This document shows positions 47,648 to 58,465 of a stretch of 64,000 nucleotides of DNA, one piece after another. The notes beneath the pieces are model-generated. The model saw only the letters and a program-made list of their open reading frames with translations, had not been told where the DNA came from and did no database searches. Made by a program: the position numbers and the translations under genes. The stretch spans positions 992,001 to 1,056,000 of the forward strand of contig CP051526.1 of assembly GCA_050916045.1 (NCBI GenBank), given 5' to 3'. The stretch is from Tepidisphaera sp. GTDB taxonomy: Bacteria > Planctomycetota > Phycisphaerae > Phycisphaerales > UBA1924. Each line of letters starts with the position of its first letter. The first letter of the stretch is position 1.

Positions 47648-48664
47648 TTAGTACACCGAGTCGGGGAAGTAGTATTCCTTCGCGTTCGCGGGCGTGACCA
47701 GATCGACGTCGATCATCAGGTGGCGGGGGGTGAACTTCATGATGTCAGCCTGCTTGCCGTCGCGGAGCGTCGAGACGGCGAGGTGGACGCCCATCGCGAC
47801 CATGCTCGGCGGGTAGGTGATGTTGGCGGGGACGCGGGTGTCGCCGTCCATGAGCATTTTGACGGCTTCCTTCATACCGGCGCCGCCCAAGACCCACATC
47901 TCCTTCTCGCGGCCGGCTTCCTTGATCGCCTGAAGCACGCCCATCATGATGTCGTCATCCTGGGCCCAGACGGCGTCGATCTTGGGGTGCTTGGTGAGGA
48001 AGGTCTTCATGACGGACAAGCCCTTCTCGCGGCTCCAGTCCGCGGGCTGGCTGTCGAGAATCTTGATCTCGGGGAAGCCCTTGAAGACCTCCATCGCCGC
48101 ATTGACGCGATCGGTGTTGACGGTCGTGCCCGAGATGCCCTGAAGGATGACGAGGTTGCCCTTGCCGCCCATCTTCTCGGCCACGAACTGAGCGGACTTG
48201 CGGCCGAAAGCCTTGTTGTCGCCCTCGAGGAAGATGTCGGCGACGGGCTTGGTGAACCCGCGGTCGACGTTGACGATGAAGACGCCCTTGTCCTTCACGC
48301 GCTCGGCGGTGGAGGTGAGGCCCTCGCTGTTGTGAGCGAGCACGACGAGCGCATCCAGCCCCTTCACGACCATCGCGTCGATCTGCGAAGCCTGCCGCTC
48401 CGCATTGTCCGCAGTCTGGTACTGCCACTCAACGTCGGGGTAGAGCTCCATCGCTTCCTTGGCCCAGTAGCCGACGCCGGCAGTCCAGCCGTGGTCGGCG
48501 GAGGGGACGGAGACGCCGATGCGAAGCTTCTTGGCCATCGCCGGAGCGGCCGTGCCAGTGCCGGCCGCGGGCTTGGGAGCGGAAGCGGGCTGGCGTTCAC
48601 ACCCTGTGATCGAGCCTGCGAGAGCGAGAACGGCGACCGCGAGCGAGAAGGTCCTGGACATCAT
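47648..48664 (-). CDS. Sugar ABC transporter substrate-binding lipoprotein (RbsB-like)
   Basis: Lipobox ITGC; VNVDRG, GDNKAFG, AVWAQDDD periplasmic-binding-protein motifs. Confidence 0.9.
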   Translation of the reverse strand: MMSRTFSLAVAVLALAGSITGCERQPASAPKPAAGTGTAAPAMAKKLRIGVSVPSADHGWTAGVGYWAKEAMELYPDVEWQYQTADNAERQASQIDAMVVKGLDALVVLAHNSEGLTSTAERVKDKGVFIVNVDRGFTKPVADIFLEGDNKAFGRKSAQFVAEKMGGKGNLVILQGISGTTVNTDRVNAAMEVFKGFPEIKILDSQPADWSREKGLSVMKTFLTKHPKIDAVWAQDDDIMMGVLQAIKEAGREKEMWVLGGAGMKEAVKMLMDGDTRVPANITYPPSMVAMGVHLAVSTLRDGKQADIMKFTPRHLMIDVDLVTPANAKEYYFPDSVY

Positions 48665-48698
48665 GCCTCCGGAGGTTGGATTGCTTTGCGGAAAGGAA

Positions 48699-49733
48699 CT
48701 AGCGAGCCCCGCGCTGGATCAGCACGGCGGCCACGATGATACTGCCTTTGATCAGGCCCTGCAACGCCGGATTCGACCCCCACATCACCAGCAGGTTGTC
48801 GATCACCGCCAGCAGAAGCACGCCGATGACCGTCCCGATCACCGTCCCCTTGCCCCCCGACATCCGAGTCCCCCCGATCACCACCGCCGCGATGGCGTCA
48901 AGTTCCCACATGCGGCCCGTCGTCGAGTGCGAGGCGCTCCCCATATAGCTCGTGATCATGAGGGCCCCAAGACCCGCCGTCAGGCCCGAGAGGGCGTAGA
49001 CCGCAAGGCGGACCGTCTTGACCGGGATGCCCGCGTACCGGGCGGCCGTCTCGTTGTCGCCGATCGCGATCGTGCGGCGGCCGAAGGTCGTCCGCGACAG
49101 GATGAGCTGCCCGATCGCCGCGACCGCGAAGAAGACCACTACCGGCCACGGGATCATGACCGCCACCCGGCCTGCTTCGTAAATCAGCGGGATGCCGCCG
49201 GAGCCGATGGCTTCGTACGTGTCGCCCTTGGAAGAAACGATCCCCGCTTCGGCGCGGACCTCGGCGAGCGACTTGTACGCCGCAAGCGTCCCCAGGGTCA
49301 CGATGAACGGCGGAATCCTCGCCAGCGAGATCAACGACCCGTTGATCGTGCCCAGAAGCGTTCCAAAGCCCAGCGCGACCGCAACGCCGACCAGCACGTG
49401 GGCCGCCGTCGGATCCGCGCTCCCCGCCATCGAGTTCACCGCTTGGATCGTGCAAACCCCCACCAGCGCCGCGAGCGAGCCGACCGAAAGGTCGATCCCG
49501 CCCAGCGTGATGACGAACGTCATCCCGATCGCGACGATCCCCACCGGAGCCGCGGCCCACAGGATGTTCTGGAAGTTCTCCGGCTTGCGGAACGTCGGCT
49601 CGGTCGCTAGGCCGATCGCCAAAAGAACGAAGAGAGCCAAAGCCGGCCCGAACCGCGCGATGAGGGTGCCAAGCGGGAGTCCGGGCTTGCCCGGGATCGG
49701 CTTGGAGGAAGCGTTTGGTGTCACGGCGGGCAT
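48699..49733 (-). CDS. Sugar ABC transporter permease (RbsC-like)
   Basis: GGIDLSVGS, PPFIVTLG, AIGDNETAARYAGI, ELDAIAAVVIGGT. Confidence 0.92.
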   Translation of the reverse strand: MPAVTPNASSKPIPGKPGLPLGTLIARFGPALALFVLLAIGLATEPTFRKPENFQNILWAAAPVGIVAIGMTFVITLGGIDLSVGSLAALVGVCTIQAVNSMAGSADPTAAHVLVGVAVALGFGTLLGTINGSLISLARIPPFIVTLGTLAAYKSLAEVRAEAGIVSSKGDTYEAIGSGGIPLIYEAGRVAVMIPWPVVVFFAVAAIGQLILSRTTFGRRTIAIGDNETAARYAGIPVKTVRLAVYALSGLTAGLGALMITSYMGSASHSTTGRMWELDAIAAVVIGGTRMSGGKGTVIGTVIGVLLLAVIDNLLVMWGSNPALQGLIKGSIIVAAVLIQRGAR

Positions 49734-49814
49734 GGTAGCGGAACCTCGGACCGACGGCACCTTCGCCACCGCCGATCCGCCGAAGCCTCCCGCGCTGGAA
49801 CGATGTTCCGGCTC

Positions 49815-51392
49815 TTATTCGTGCCCGCCGCCGACCATGTAGTTCGGCGATTCCTTCGTGATCTTGATGTCGTGCGGGTGGTTCTCGACGACCGTCGCGC
49901 CCGAGACCTTGCAGAACCGCCCCTCCTGCTGGAGAGCGGCGATCGTCGGGCAGCCGGTGTATCCCATCGCGCTCTTGAGGCCGCCCACGAGCTGGTACAC
50001 GAAGTCGGCGAGCGTGCCGCGGTAGGGGACCATGCCCTCGACGCCCTCGGGGACGAACTTCTGCGTCTGCTTGCCGTCGGAGCCGACCTTTTCCGCCTGG
50101 CGGTACCGGTCGGCGGAGCCGGCGTTCATCGCGCCCTCGCTGCCCATGCCGCGGTAGCTCTTGTACCGGCGGCCGTGGGAGATGACGAACTCGCCGGGGC
50201 TTTCTTCGAGGCCGGCGAAGAGGGAACCCATCATGACGACGCTGGCGCCGGCGGCGATGGCTTTGGGGATGTCGCCGGAGTGGCGGATGCCGCCGTCGGC
50301 GATGATGGGGATGCTGCGGCCGCTTCGGGCGATCCCTTCGGCGGCCTGCATGACAGCCGTGATCTGCGGGACGCCCACGCCGGTGACGACGCGGGTGGTG
50401 CAGATGGAGCCGGGGCCGATGCCGACCTTGACGGCGTCCGCGCCGGCTTCAGCGAGGTCGTAGGCGGCTTCGGCGGTCGCGATGTTGCCGGCGATGACCT
50501 CGATCTTGTACCGCTTCTTGATCTCGCGGACGGTCTGGAGCACGTTCTCGCTGTGGCCGTGGGCGGTGTCGACGGTGAGCACATCGACCTCGGCGGCGAG
50601 CAGAGCTTCCACGCGGTCGTACTGGTGCACGCCGACGGCGGCACCGCAGCGGAGGCGGCCGCGATCATCGCGGCAGGCACGCGGGAACTGGCTCGCCCGG
50701 TCGATGTCGCGCATCGTGATCACGCCGCACAAGCGGAACTGGTCGTCGACCAGAAGAAGCTTCTCGACCTTTTGCTTGTTGAGAATCCGCTCGGCTTGGT
50801 CGAGGGTCGTTCCCGGAGCGGCAGTCACCAGCGGGCTTCCCGGAGCGTGGGCGGTCATCACCTGACCGACCGGGGTCGAGAGATCCTCGACAAACTTGAG
50901 ATCGCGGCGGGTAATGATCCCAAGGAGCTTTCCCTTGCCGCGAGCCGCGCCGGAGGTCCCGGGCGAACCGTCCTCCGTCACCGGGAAACCCGAGACGTTG
51001 TGCGTCCGCATCAGCTCTTTCGCGCGGGCGACCGTGTCGGCCGGGCCGAGGGTGAGCGGGTCGGTGATCACGCCGTTGGCGGACCGCTTGACCTTGCGGA
51101 CCTCGCGTGCCTGGGCTTCGACCGAGAGGTTCTTGTGGATGATGCCGAGGCCGCCCTCCTGCGCGAGCGCGATGGCGAGGGCCGACTCGGTCACCGTGTC
51201 CATCGGGGCCGATAGCAGCGGGATGTTCAGCGTGATGTTCGCGGTCAGCCGCGTCCGCGTGTCCGCATCCGCGGGCATGACGGTCGACCGCCGCGGGATC
51301 AAGAGCACATCGTCGAAGGTGATCCCTTCGAGCGCGATCTTGGAGGACAGGATGGAGGGGGAGACAGACTGCGAGTTGGTCTGGGTCGCCAT
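49815..51392 (-). CDS. guaB: IMP dehydrogenase (with CBS pair)
   Basis: [45 protein letters not shown]. Confidence 0.97.
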   Translation of the reverse strand: MATQTNSQSVSPSILSSKIALEGITFDDVLLIPRRSTVMPADADTRTRLTANITLNIPLLSAPMDTVTESALAIALAQEGGLGIIHKNLSVEAQAREVRKVKRSANGVITDPLTLGPADTVARAKELMRTHNVSGFPVTEDGSPGTSGAARGKGKLLGIITRRDLKFVEDLSTPVGQVMTAHAPGSPLVTAAPGTTLDQAERILNKQKVEKLLLVDDQFRLCGVITMRDIDRASQFPRACRDDRGRLRCGAAVGVHQYDRVEALLAAEVDVLTVDTAHGHSENVLQTVREIKKRYKIEVIAGNIATAEAAYDLAEAGADAVKVGIGPGSICTTRVVTGVGVPQITAVMQAAEGIARSGRSIPIIADGGIRHSGDIPKAIAAGASVVMMGSLFAGLEESPGEFVISHGRRYKSYRGMGSEGAMNAGSADRYRQAEKVGSDGKQTQKFVPEGVEGMVPYRGTLADFVYQLVGGLKSAMGYTGCPTIAALQQEGRFCKVSGATVVENHPHDIKITKESPNYMVGGGHE

Positions 51393-51526
51393 GAGATAGG
51401 GTTAGAGGGATTGTCGTCCGGGTCAAGTGGCGACCGGTTCAGGCCGTGACAAAGCCGCCGCTTTCACGGGATTTCGGCCCGTACGGAAGCCTCCGACGGG
51501 CGTTGATGGCGCTGTTTCAGAGCGGT

Positions 51527-52750
51527 TTAGAGATCAAGCACCAGCCGCTGCGGGTCCTCGATGGTCTGCTTGATGCGGACGAGGAACTGCACGGCTTCGG
51601 CGCCGTCGATGATGCGGTGGTCGTACGACAGGGCGAGGTACATCATCGGGCGGATAGCGACCTGGCCGCTGCCGGCGGGGTACTCGACCGCGCGGTTCTT
51701 GATGGCGTGCATGCCGAGGATCGCCGACTGCGGCGGGTTGAGGATCGGCGTGCTCATCAAGCTGCCGAAGATGCCACCGTTGGTGATCGTGAACGTGCCG
51801 CCCTGCATTTCCTCCAGGGAAATTTTGCCTTCCTTGCCGCGGCTGCCCAGGTCCTTGATCGAAGCTTCGACCCCGGCCATCGACATCTTCTCGCAGTTGC
51901 GGAGGACTGGGACCACGAGGCCCTTGGGCGTGCTGACCGCGACGGAGATGTCGCAGTAGTCGTGCTTCTCGATCATGAGCTGGCCGCTTTCCTCGACGAT
52001 GGAAGCGTTGACCATCGGGAACGCGCGGAGGGCCTGCACCGCCGCTTTCACGAAGAACGACATGAAGCCCAGGCCCACGCCGTGCCGCTTCTCGAACTCT
52101 TCCTTGTACGTCTTGCGAAGCTCCATGACCGGGCCCATGTCGACCTCGTTGAAGGTCGTGAGCATCGCGGCGGTGTGCTGGGCCTGCACCAGCCTCTGAG
52201 CGATCCGCATGCGGATCGGGGTCATCTTCTCGCGGGTCGCGCCGCGAGGGCTGGCGGGAGCGGCTTTGCTCTCCGAAGCGGGCTTGGCGTGAGACCCGTT
52301 GGCCGCGCCGAGCACGTCCGCTTCGCGAACGCGCCCGCCGGGGCCCGTCGCGGGCACCTTGGCCATGTCGACGTGGAGCAGCTCGGCGGTCTTCTTGGCA
52401 AGCGGCGTCGAGCGGACGCTGTCGCTCCCCGAACTCGCACCGACGCCGACCAGAGCCGGCTTGGGCTCGGCTTTCACTTCGGCCACCGAGGGCGCCTGGG
52501 CGGCGGGAGCGGCGGCCTTCTCGTCGATGGTTCCGACGGAAGCTCCGATCTTGACCGTGTCCCCTTCCTTGACGCCCTGCGCGGTCAGCACGCCGGCGGT
52601 GGGGGAGGGAACCTCGAGCGTCGCTTTGTCCGTCTCAAGCTCAAGAAGGGTCTCGTCGCGCTTGACGTAGTCGCCGACCTTCTTGGTCCAGCGAAGCACC
52701 ACGCCGCTCGTCACGCTCTCGCCCGCCTGTGGGATGATGATGTCCGCCAT
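51527..52750 (-). CDS. sucB: 2-oxoglutarate dehydrogenase E2 (dihydrolipoamide succinyltransferase)
   Basis: Lipoyl ETDKA, E3-binding TGPGGRV, catalytic YDHRIIDG; adjacent to sucA. Confidence 0.95.
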   Translation of the reverse strand: MADIIIPQAGESVTSGVVLRWTKKVGDYVKRDETLLELETDKATLEVPSPTAGVLTAQGVKEGDTVKIGASVGTIDEKAAAPAAQAPSVAEVKAEPKPALVGVGASSGSDSVRSTPLAKKTAELLHVDMAKVPATGPGGRVREADVLGAANGSHAKPASESKAAPASPRGATREKMTPIRMRIAQRLVQAQHTAAMLTTFNEVDMGPVMELRKTYKEEFEKRHGVGLGFMSFFVKAAVQALRAFPMVNASIVEESGQLMIEKHDYCDISVAVSTPKGLVVPVLRNCEKMSMAGVEASIKDLGSRGKEGKISLEEMQGGTFTITNGGIFGSLMSTPILNPPQSAILGMHAIKNRAVEYPAGSGQVAIRPMMYLALSYDHRIIDGAEAVQFLVRIKQTIEDPQRLVLDL

Positions 52751-52812
52751 GCTCGCCTTTCAGTGGCTCCCAAGCCTCATGCTTCGGTGCCGCTTGCCTT
52801 GATGCCTTCTTC

Positions 52813-55611
52813 TCACCGACCCGCTTTCACCGTCTGCGATGATGCGGCTTTCGCCGGTGACCCGTTGCCCGACGGACCGACCGGCTTGGCCGGCTGCCCG
52901 CCGCTGTCGAGGGGCGCGATGGCCCCGCTGAGAACCTTGTCCTGCTGCTTCTTGTGAGCGTACTCGCTGCCGGTGGCCGGGCTCGCGCTCGAGTCACGGC
53001 CGCAGTACGCCAGGTTGACGCCGACCTTTTCGCGGAACGCGTCGGCGGCGTACAGGAACGCGCCCTGGTTGCGCGGCTCCTCCTGCACCCAGACGCGGGA
53101 AGCCGCTTTGGGGTACCGCGCGTCGATCTTCTTCGCAAGCTCCGCGTGGAGCGGGTAAAGCTGCTCGACGCGGACGATCGCGATGTCCGTCTTCTTCGTC
53201 GCTTCCCGTCGCTCGTGCATCTCGTGATAGATCTTGCCCGAGCAGTAGATGACCTTGGTGACCTTCGCCGGGTCCTTGACGTGCGGGTCGTCGATGAGGT
53301 GCTTGAACTCGCCGCTCACAAGCTCTTCGACGGTCGCGGTCTCGGTGCGGAGGAACTTCTTGGGCGTCATGACCACCAGCGGCTTGCGGAAGTTCCGCTT
53401 GACGTGCCGGCGGAGCATGTGGAAGACCTGCGCGCCCGTCGAGGGGTACACGACCTCCATGTTGTCGTCCGAGCAAAGCTGCAGGAACCGCTCGAGTCGG
53501 GCCGAGCTGTGCTCGGGGCCCTGGCCTTCGTATCCGTGCGGGAGCATCAGCACCAGACCGGCCCAGCGGTCCCACTTCACCTCGCTGCTCGCCATGAACT
53601 GGTCGATCACGACCTGCGCCGTGTTGCAGAAGTCGCCGAACTGGCCTTCCCAGATCACCAGAGCGTGCGGGTTCGCCCTCGAATAGCCGTAGTCAAAGCC
53701 CATGACCGAGTACTCGCTCAGCGGGCTGTCCCACGCGTCGAGCTTGGCCTGCTTGTCGGTGATGTTGTTGAGGGGCGTCGTGCGCACGCCCGTCTTCTCG
53801 TCGCGAAGGACCGCGTGACGCGAGGTGAACGTGCCGCGACGGCTGTCCTGCCCGCTGAGGCGGATCGGCGTCCCCTCCAGCAGAAGCGTGCCGAACGCGA
53901 TCATTTCCGAGTCCGCGTGGTTGAGCTTCTTCGTCGTCGGCAGGTTCCCGCGGCTTTCCAGCAAGCCCTTGAGCTTGGGGTGCGGGTTAAACCCTTCCGG
54001 CACGCGGCCGAGTGCGGAGCACACCTTCTCGATCGTCTTAAGGTCCACCGCCGTCTTTGGCGAAGCGAAGGTGTACGCGCCGGTGAAGCCCTTCCAGCGT
54101 CCCTCGCCGGGGGGCGAGACGGGATTGACGGGCTTGGATCGGACCGCGTCCTGGGCTTTGTCCAGGACCGCGATCTCCGCTTCGACCATGCTTTCGGCCT
54201 CGGCGGCGCTGACGACGCCGGAAGCGGCGAGCCTGGCCGCGTAGACCGCCCGCGTGCCCGGGTGGCTGCGGATCTTCGCGTACATCTCCGGCTGCGTGTA
54301 GCTCGGCTCATCCTGCTCGTTGTGGCCGTGGCGGCGGAAGCAGACCAGATCGACCCACACATCCTTGCCGAACTGCTGGCGATACTCGACCGCCATCAAC
54401 GCGGCGCGGACACACGCTTCCGGGTCGTCCCCGTTCACGTGAAGCACCGGCGACCCGATCACTTTCGCCAGATCCGTGCAGTAATCCGACGAGCGGTCAT
54501 CGCTCACCTCGGTCGTAAAGCCGATCTGGTTGTTGATGACGAGATGAACCGTCCCGCCGACGTGGTACCCCTCGAGATACGCCATGTTGACGCACTCGGC
54601 GACCACACCCTGCCCGATGACGGCGGCGTCGCCGTGGATGAGCAGCGCGGCGACTTCGCGCCGGCCCTCGCGGCCGTCCGCTTTCGCCGCGTCCTGCCGG
54701 GCGCGGGCCCGACCCATCACCAGCGCGTTGACGGCTTCGAGGTGGCTTGGGTTGTTGAGCATCGAGAGGTGCACGTTGCCCGCCGAAGTCGGCAGGTCGA
54801 ACGAGTACCCGCGGTGGTACTTCACGTCGCCGCCGCCCTGGTCAGCGCCCTCGGACCAGGAGTCCTCGAACTCCGTGATCAGACGCTCGGTGTCCTTGCC
54901 CAGGTAGTGCCGCAGAACGTTGAGGCGGCCGCGGTGGGCCATGCCGACGATCACCTCGCGGAGGCCAAGCTCGCCGCCCCGCTCGGTCATCAGCCGAAGC
55001 ATCGGAATCAGCGATTCCGCTCCCTCGAGGCTGAACCGCTTCTTGCCCTGGTACCGCTTGCCAAGCCATCGCTCAAACGTCTCGGAAACCGTCAGGTGCT
55101 TGAGGATCGTCTTGCCGTCGGCCGCCGCCGGGGCGCTCTCCTCGAATCGCGTGCGGAACCACTCCCGCTCCTCGTGCGTCGTGCAGTGCATGTACTCGGC
55201 GCCGATCGTGCCGCAGTACGCCGCGCGGAACGAAGCGATCACTTCGCGGAGGGTCTTGCCCGACTGCGTCCGGCGGTCCATATCCGCTTCCGCGATCTGC
55301 CCGAGCACGGTCTTGATCGGGGTCGCTTCCGGACGCGTCGAGCCCAGCGGGTCAAGTTTGGCTTCGGCGTGGCCATGGCGACGGAACGCCACCGCGATCC
55401 GCTCGGCGTGAAGGTCCGCGCTGTTCGCGGTCCCGGCCGTCGCGCCCGAAGGGCGATCGCAGCCAAGATCAAACCCCTGAAGGAAAGCTCGCAGGTCCGC
55501 GGGGATCGAAGCCGGGTCCGCTTTGTACTTCTCGTACATCGCGTCCAGATACTCCGCGCTCCACCCGTTCACCGCTCCGGACACCGCTCGCACTGTTGAT
55601 TCGGCGCTCAT
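52813..55611 (-). CDS. sucA: 2-oxoglutarate dehydrogenase E1
   Basis: KRFSLEG, GMAHRGRLN, GDVKYH, HGDAA, GQDSRRGTF, PHGYEGQGPEHSSAR. Confidence 0.97.
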   Translation of the reverse strand: MSAESTVRAVSGAVNGWSAEYLDAMYEKYKADPASIPADLRAFLQGFDLGCDRPSGATAGTANSADLHAERIAVAFRRHGHAEAKLDPLGSTRPEATPIKTVLGQIAEADMDRRTQSGKTLREVIASFRAAYCGTIGAEYMHCTTHEEREWFRTRFEESAPAAADGKTILKHLTVSETFERWLGKRYQGKKRFSLEGAESLIPMLRLMTERGGELGLREVIVGMAHRGRLNVLRHYLGKDTERLITEFEDSWSEGADQGGGDVKYHRGYSFDLPTSAGNVHLSMLNNPSHLEAVNALVMGRARARQDAAKADGREGRREVAALLIHGDAAVIGQGVVAECVNMAYLEGYHVGGTVHLVINNQIGFTTEVSDDRSSDYCTDLAKVIGSPVLHVNGDDPEACVRAALMAVEYRQQFGKDVWVDLVCFRRHGHNEQDEPSYTQPEMYAKIRSHPGTRAVYAARLAASGVVSAAEAESMVEAEIAVLDKAQDAVRSKPVNPVSPPGEGRWKGFTGAYTFASPKTAVDLKTIEKVCSALGRVPEGFNPHPKLKGLLESRGNLPTTKKLNHADSEMIAFGTLLLEGTPIRLSGQDSRRGTFTSRHAVLRDEKTGVRTTPLNNITDKQAKLDAWDSPLSEYSVMGFDYGYSRANPHALVIWEGQFGDFCNTAQVVIDQFMASSEVKWDRWAGLVLMLPHGYEGQGPEHSSARLERFLQLCSDDNMEVVYPSTGAQVFHMLRRHVKRNFRKPLVVMTPKKFLRTETATVEELVSGEFKHLIDDPHVKDPAKVTKVIYCSGKIYHEMHERREATKKTDIAIVRVEQLYPLHAELAKKIDARYPKAASRVWVQEEPRNQGAFLYAADAFREKVGVNLAYCGRDSSASPATGSEYAHKKQQDKVLSGAIAPLDSGGQPAKPVGPSGNGSPAKAASSQTVKAGR

Positions 55612-55746
55612 ACGTCAATCCCGGCCCCGCTCACCCTTGTAAAGTCCATTCATGGACCAATCAGAATCCGACCTTGCCGCGATCGCGCGGCCTGTTCACG
55701 GGGCAAAATCCTAGGCCTGTCCATCGGCTCTCCCCCACCGGGCCCG

Positions 55747-57258
55747 TCAATTCGGGGCACCCACCGCGGCGGGGGCCGGGGCGGGGTCTGACAGGATCAC
55801 TCGTGGTGCGGGGGTGTCGGTCAGGTCCGCGAGGGTCTTTCCTCGCACCCCGACAAGCCTGGACTCGCGAGCGGCCTGGAGCAGGTCCGCGTGGGGGCTG
55901 CGCTCCGCACCCTCCCAGAGCGGGTCGCCGGCGGTCACGATCTCCTCGCCGCGGATCGCTTCCGGCGGTCGGCTGAGCGCGAACGCCCGGTCGCCATCAT
56001 CGCCGGTCGCGATGCGGTGCACCAGCCCGGCACCCGCCAAGCGTTGAAGCACGTCGAGCGTCACCGGCTCGGTCAGCGCGAACTCGGCCGCCAGCTCCGA
56101 AGCGACCGACGGGCGTCCCTCGCGAAACCGCCGCGCCATCACGATCATCACCGGAAGCCCGACGCCAAGCCCGCCATCCACCAGCGACGGGCCCGCGGGT
56201 GCCGTGTTCAGGAATCGCTTCCAGAAGCTGTCACCTTCCTCACGCACCTCCCAGAACATCTGCAAGCTGAACGAGAGCTGCAATCCCGACAGCACGATCA
56301 TCCACGTCACATAGATCCAGAGCATGAAAAGCGGCAGCAGAAAGAGCGCCCCGTACAACTGCTTCACCGACCCGGAAGCCACGTACGCCCGGAATCCCCA
56401 TTTGCCCAGTTCCCACAGGATCGCGGCGCTCACCGCTCCAACCACCGCCGCTCGCATTCGGACCTTCGTGTTCGGCACCGTCACGTAGATCACCCAAAGC
56501 ATCAGCGTGCTGATCCCCACGGTGACCCCGTATCCGGCAAAGCCCACGAGGAACGACTGCATACCCGTGCTCTCCGCCGTGCGGAGCGACATGTTGCTCA
56601 CCACCGCTTGGAACCGCTCGCCGACCGCGAAAGACGCGAACAAAAGCACCGGCCCGAGCGTGAGCAGGGTCCAGTACTGCGTGATCCGGCGGCTCCAGCT
56701 CCGCGCCGCCGGCGCGTGGTAGACCTGGTTGAACGCGAGCTCGATCTCGATGAGCATCGAGATCGCGCCGTAGATCAGCGTGAGGATGCCGATGATCGCG
56801 ACGCCGCTATAGGAGATCCCCCGAACGCGGCCGACAAGCTCAAGAATCCACTGATCGATCCCCTTCACCGTGGGCGGAAGGGTCGGATCGACGATCGCTC
56901 CTTCGGGCTCCGGCGCGTCGATCGCCAGTCCGCTGAACTCCAGGATCCGCGTGATGGACTGCCGGACCTGATCCTCGGAGGAGAACGCTCCCAGAATCGC
57001 GACGCCGATCACGATGATCGGGATCAGGCTGAAGATCGTGCGGTACGTCAAAGCCGCGGCCATCCGCGTGAGCTGGGCCTGCAACGCCGAGTGGATCGCG
57101 AGGCGGATGATGTCCATCGACCCCTTGGGGCCGTCCTTGCTCACGATCGCGGAGAGACCGCCCGAGATCGATCTGGCGAACGCGGCCGAGGCACCCTCGG
57201 TCAGGGGCTTGCGCTTCGGGCGTGCGGGCGTCGTTGCTGGATCCGGAGTCGGGCTCAT
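55747..57258 (-). CDS. YihY/BrkB family membrane protein with C-terminal Rrf2-like winged helix
   Basis: AAALTYRTIFSLIP, YWTLLTLGP, LYGAL...LWIY; C-terminal ELAAEF...VLQRLAGAGLV...LSRPPEAI. Confidence 0.85.
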   Translation of the reverse strand: MSPTPDPATTPARPKRKPLTEGASAAFARSISGGLSAIVSKDGPKGSMDIIRLAIHSALQAQLTRMAAALTYRTIFSLIPIIVIGVAILGAFSSEDQVRQSITRILEFSGLAIDAPEPEGAIVDPTLPPTVKGIDQWILELVGRVRGISYSGVAIIGILTLIYGAISMLIEIELAFNQVYHAPAARSWSRRITQYWTLLTLGPVLLFASFAVGERFQAVVSNMSLRTAESTGMQSFLVGFAGYGVTVGISTLMLWVIYVTVPNTKVRMRAAVVGAVSAAILWELGKWGFRAYVASGSVKQLYGALFLLPLFMLWIYVTWMIVLSGLQLSFSLQMFWEVREEGDSFWKRFLNTAPAGPSLVDGGLGVGLPVMIVMARRFREGRPSVASELAAEFALTEPVTLDVLQRLAGAGLVHRIATGDDGDRAFALSRPPEAIRGEEIVTAGDPLWEGAERSPHADLLQAARESRLVGVRGKTLADLTDTPAPRVILSDPAPAPAAVGAPN

Positions 57259-58334
57259 GATTCGCTGGAGGGTTCGTTGCCGATGACGCGTGGTCTGCGG
57301 CGAGGAGCCGCCGGAACCGGGCTCGGAGCCGGGGTCGTCGCGGCGGGGGCGAGATCATCGGCTCTGCCTGGCTTGCGACCTTGATTCGGAGCGGAAACCG
57401 GCTGCTTGCGCTCGCTCGGGTGCCGTTTGGTGACGGCGTGGATCTCGGACTTGGTCAGTTCGCGCCAACGGCCCATCGCCAGATCGCGGAGGACGAGCGG
57501 ACCGATCGCGACGCGGTGGAGCCTGCGGACCTGGTGCCCGACGAGCGTGAGCGCCTTGACGATCTCCTCATCGCGAGCGTGCTTGGCCGAGATTTCCAAG
57601 GTGCAGTTACCCTCGCCCATGACGCCGACCTTGACGTCGATCTGCACCTTGCGGGCGTTGGAAGGCCGGCCGCGGGTGAACTGCGGGCCGTCCTTGCGCA
57701 TCGGGCGCTCCCCGGGCTTGGCGGACTTCCCGGACTTGCCCGGCATGTCGCGGCTTTCGCGCGTGCCCGGCCCCTCGTCCTCGGGCTTGAACCCATCCTC
57801 GGTGTCGAAGACGTAGACGCCCTTGGCGAGGTTGGCGACGGTCTGGGGCGTCGGTCGGCCCTTGACCTTGGCTTGGTAGAGCCGGACGTGGCCGTAGCGC
57901 GGGTGGGTGAGCCGGTTGACGACGGCACCGTCATTGGTGAACAGGAGCAAGCCCGAAGAGTCGAAATCCAGGCCGCCGACGGCCACAAGTCTTGGCTTGG
58001 AAGGGTGTTCGATCATGGCCAGTGCCGCCGGGCGGTCGTCGCCGGGGCCGATGGGCGCGGTCAGCACCTTGGTCGGCTTGTTCATCATGATGTACGAGAA
58101 CCGGATCTCGCTTGCGAGCGGGCGTCCGTCGACCTCGATCCGGTCGTTCTTGGGGTCCACGAAAGCCGGCAGCTTGTCGCAGACGCGGCCGTTCACCTTG
58201 ACCCGTCCGGTCTCGATCAGCGTTTCGCAAGCCCGGCGGGCCGCGATCCCCGCGTCGGCCATCACGCGTTGAAGGCGTTCGCCGCGAGCGGGATCGTTGA
58301 GAGGAAGAGATGACGGTTCCTTGCGGCTACCCAT
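57255..58334 (-). CDS. RsuA/RluB-family pseudouridine synthase-like protein (S4 domain; degenerate motifs)
   Basis: S4 ERLQRVMADAGIAARRACE, MNKP, VGGLDFDSSGLLLFTNDG, LTHPRY, LHRVAIGPL. Confidence 0.85.
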   Translation of the reverse strand: MGSRKEPSSLPLNDPARGERLQRVMADAGIAARRACETLIETGRVKVNGRVCDKLPAFVDPKNDRIEVDGRPLASEIRFSYIMMNKPTKVLTAPIGPGDDRPAALAMIEHPSKPRLVAVGGLDFDSSGLLLFTNDGAVVNRLTHPRYGHVRLYQAKVKGRPTPQTVANLAKGVYVFDTEDGFKPEDEGPGTRESRDMPGKSGKSAKPGERPMRKDGPQFTRGRPSNARKVQIDVKVGVMGEGNCTLEISAKHARDEEIVKALTLVGHQVRRLHRVAIGPLVLRDLAMGRWRELTKSEIHAVTKRHPSERKQPVSAPNQGRKPGRADDLAPAATTPAPSPVPAAPRRRPRVIGNEPSSES

Positions 58335-58465
58335 GCGGTTCAGCGTATGCGCCGATAACCGCGAGACCCCGCGCCCGCGCGGGAACGCCCCTGAATTCAG
58401 GTTGAGCCGCATCCGGCGTCGATGGTGGAGCGTCGCGTTCCGCACCGCTTGCACAAGGCCCGCTC

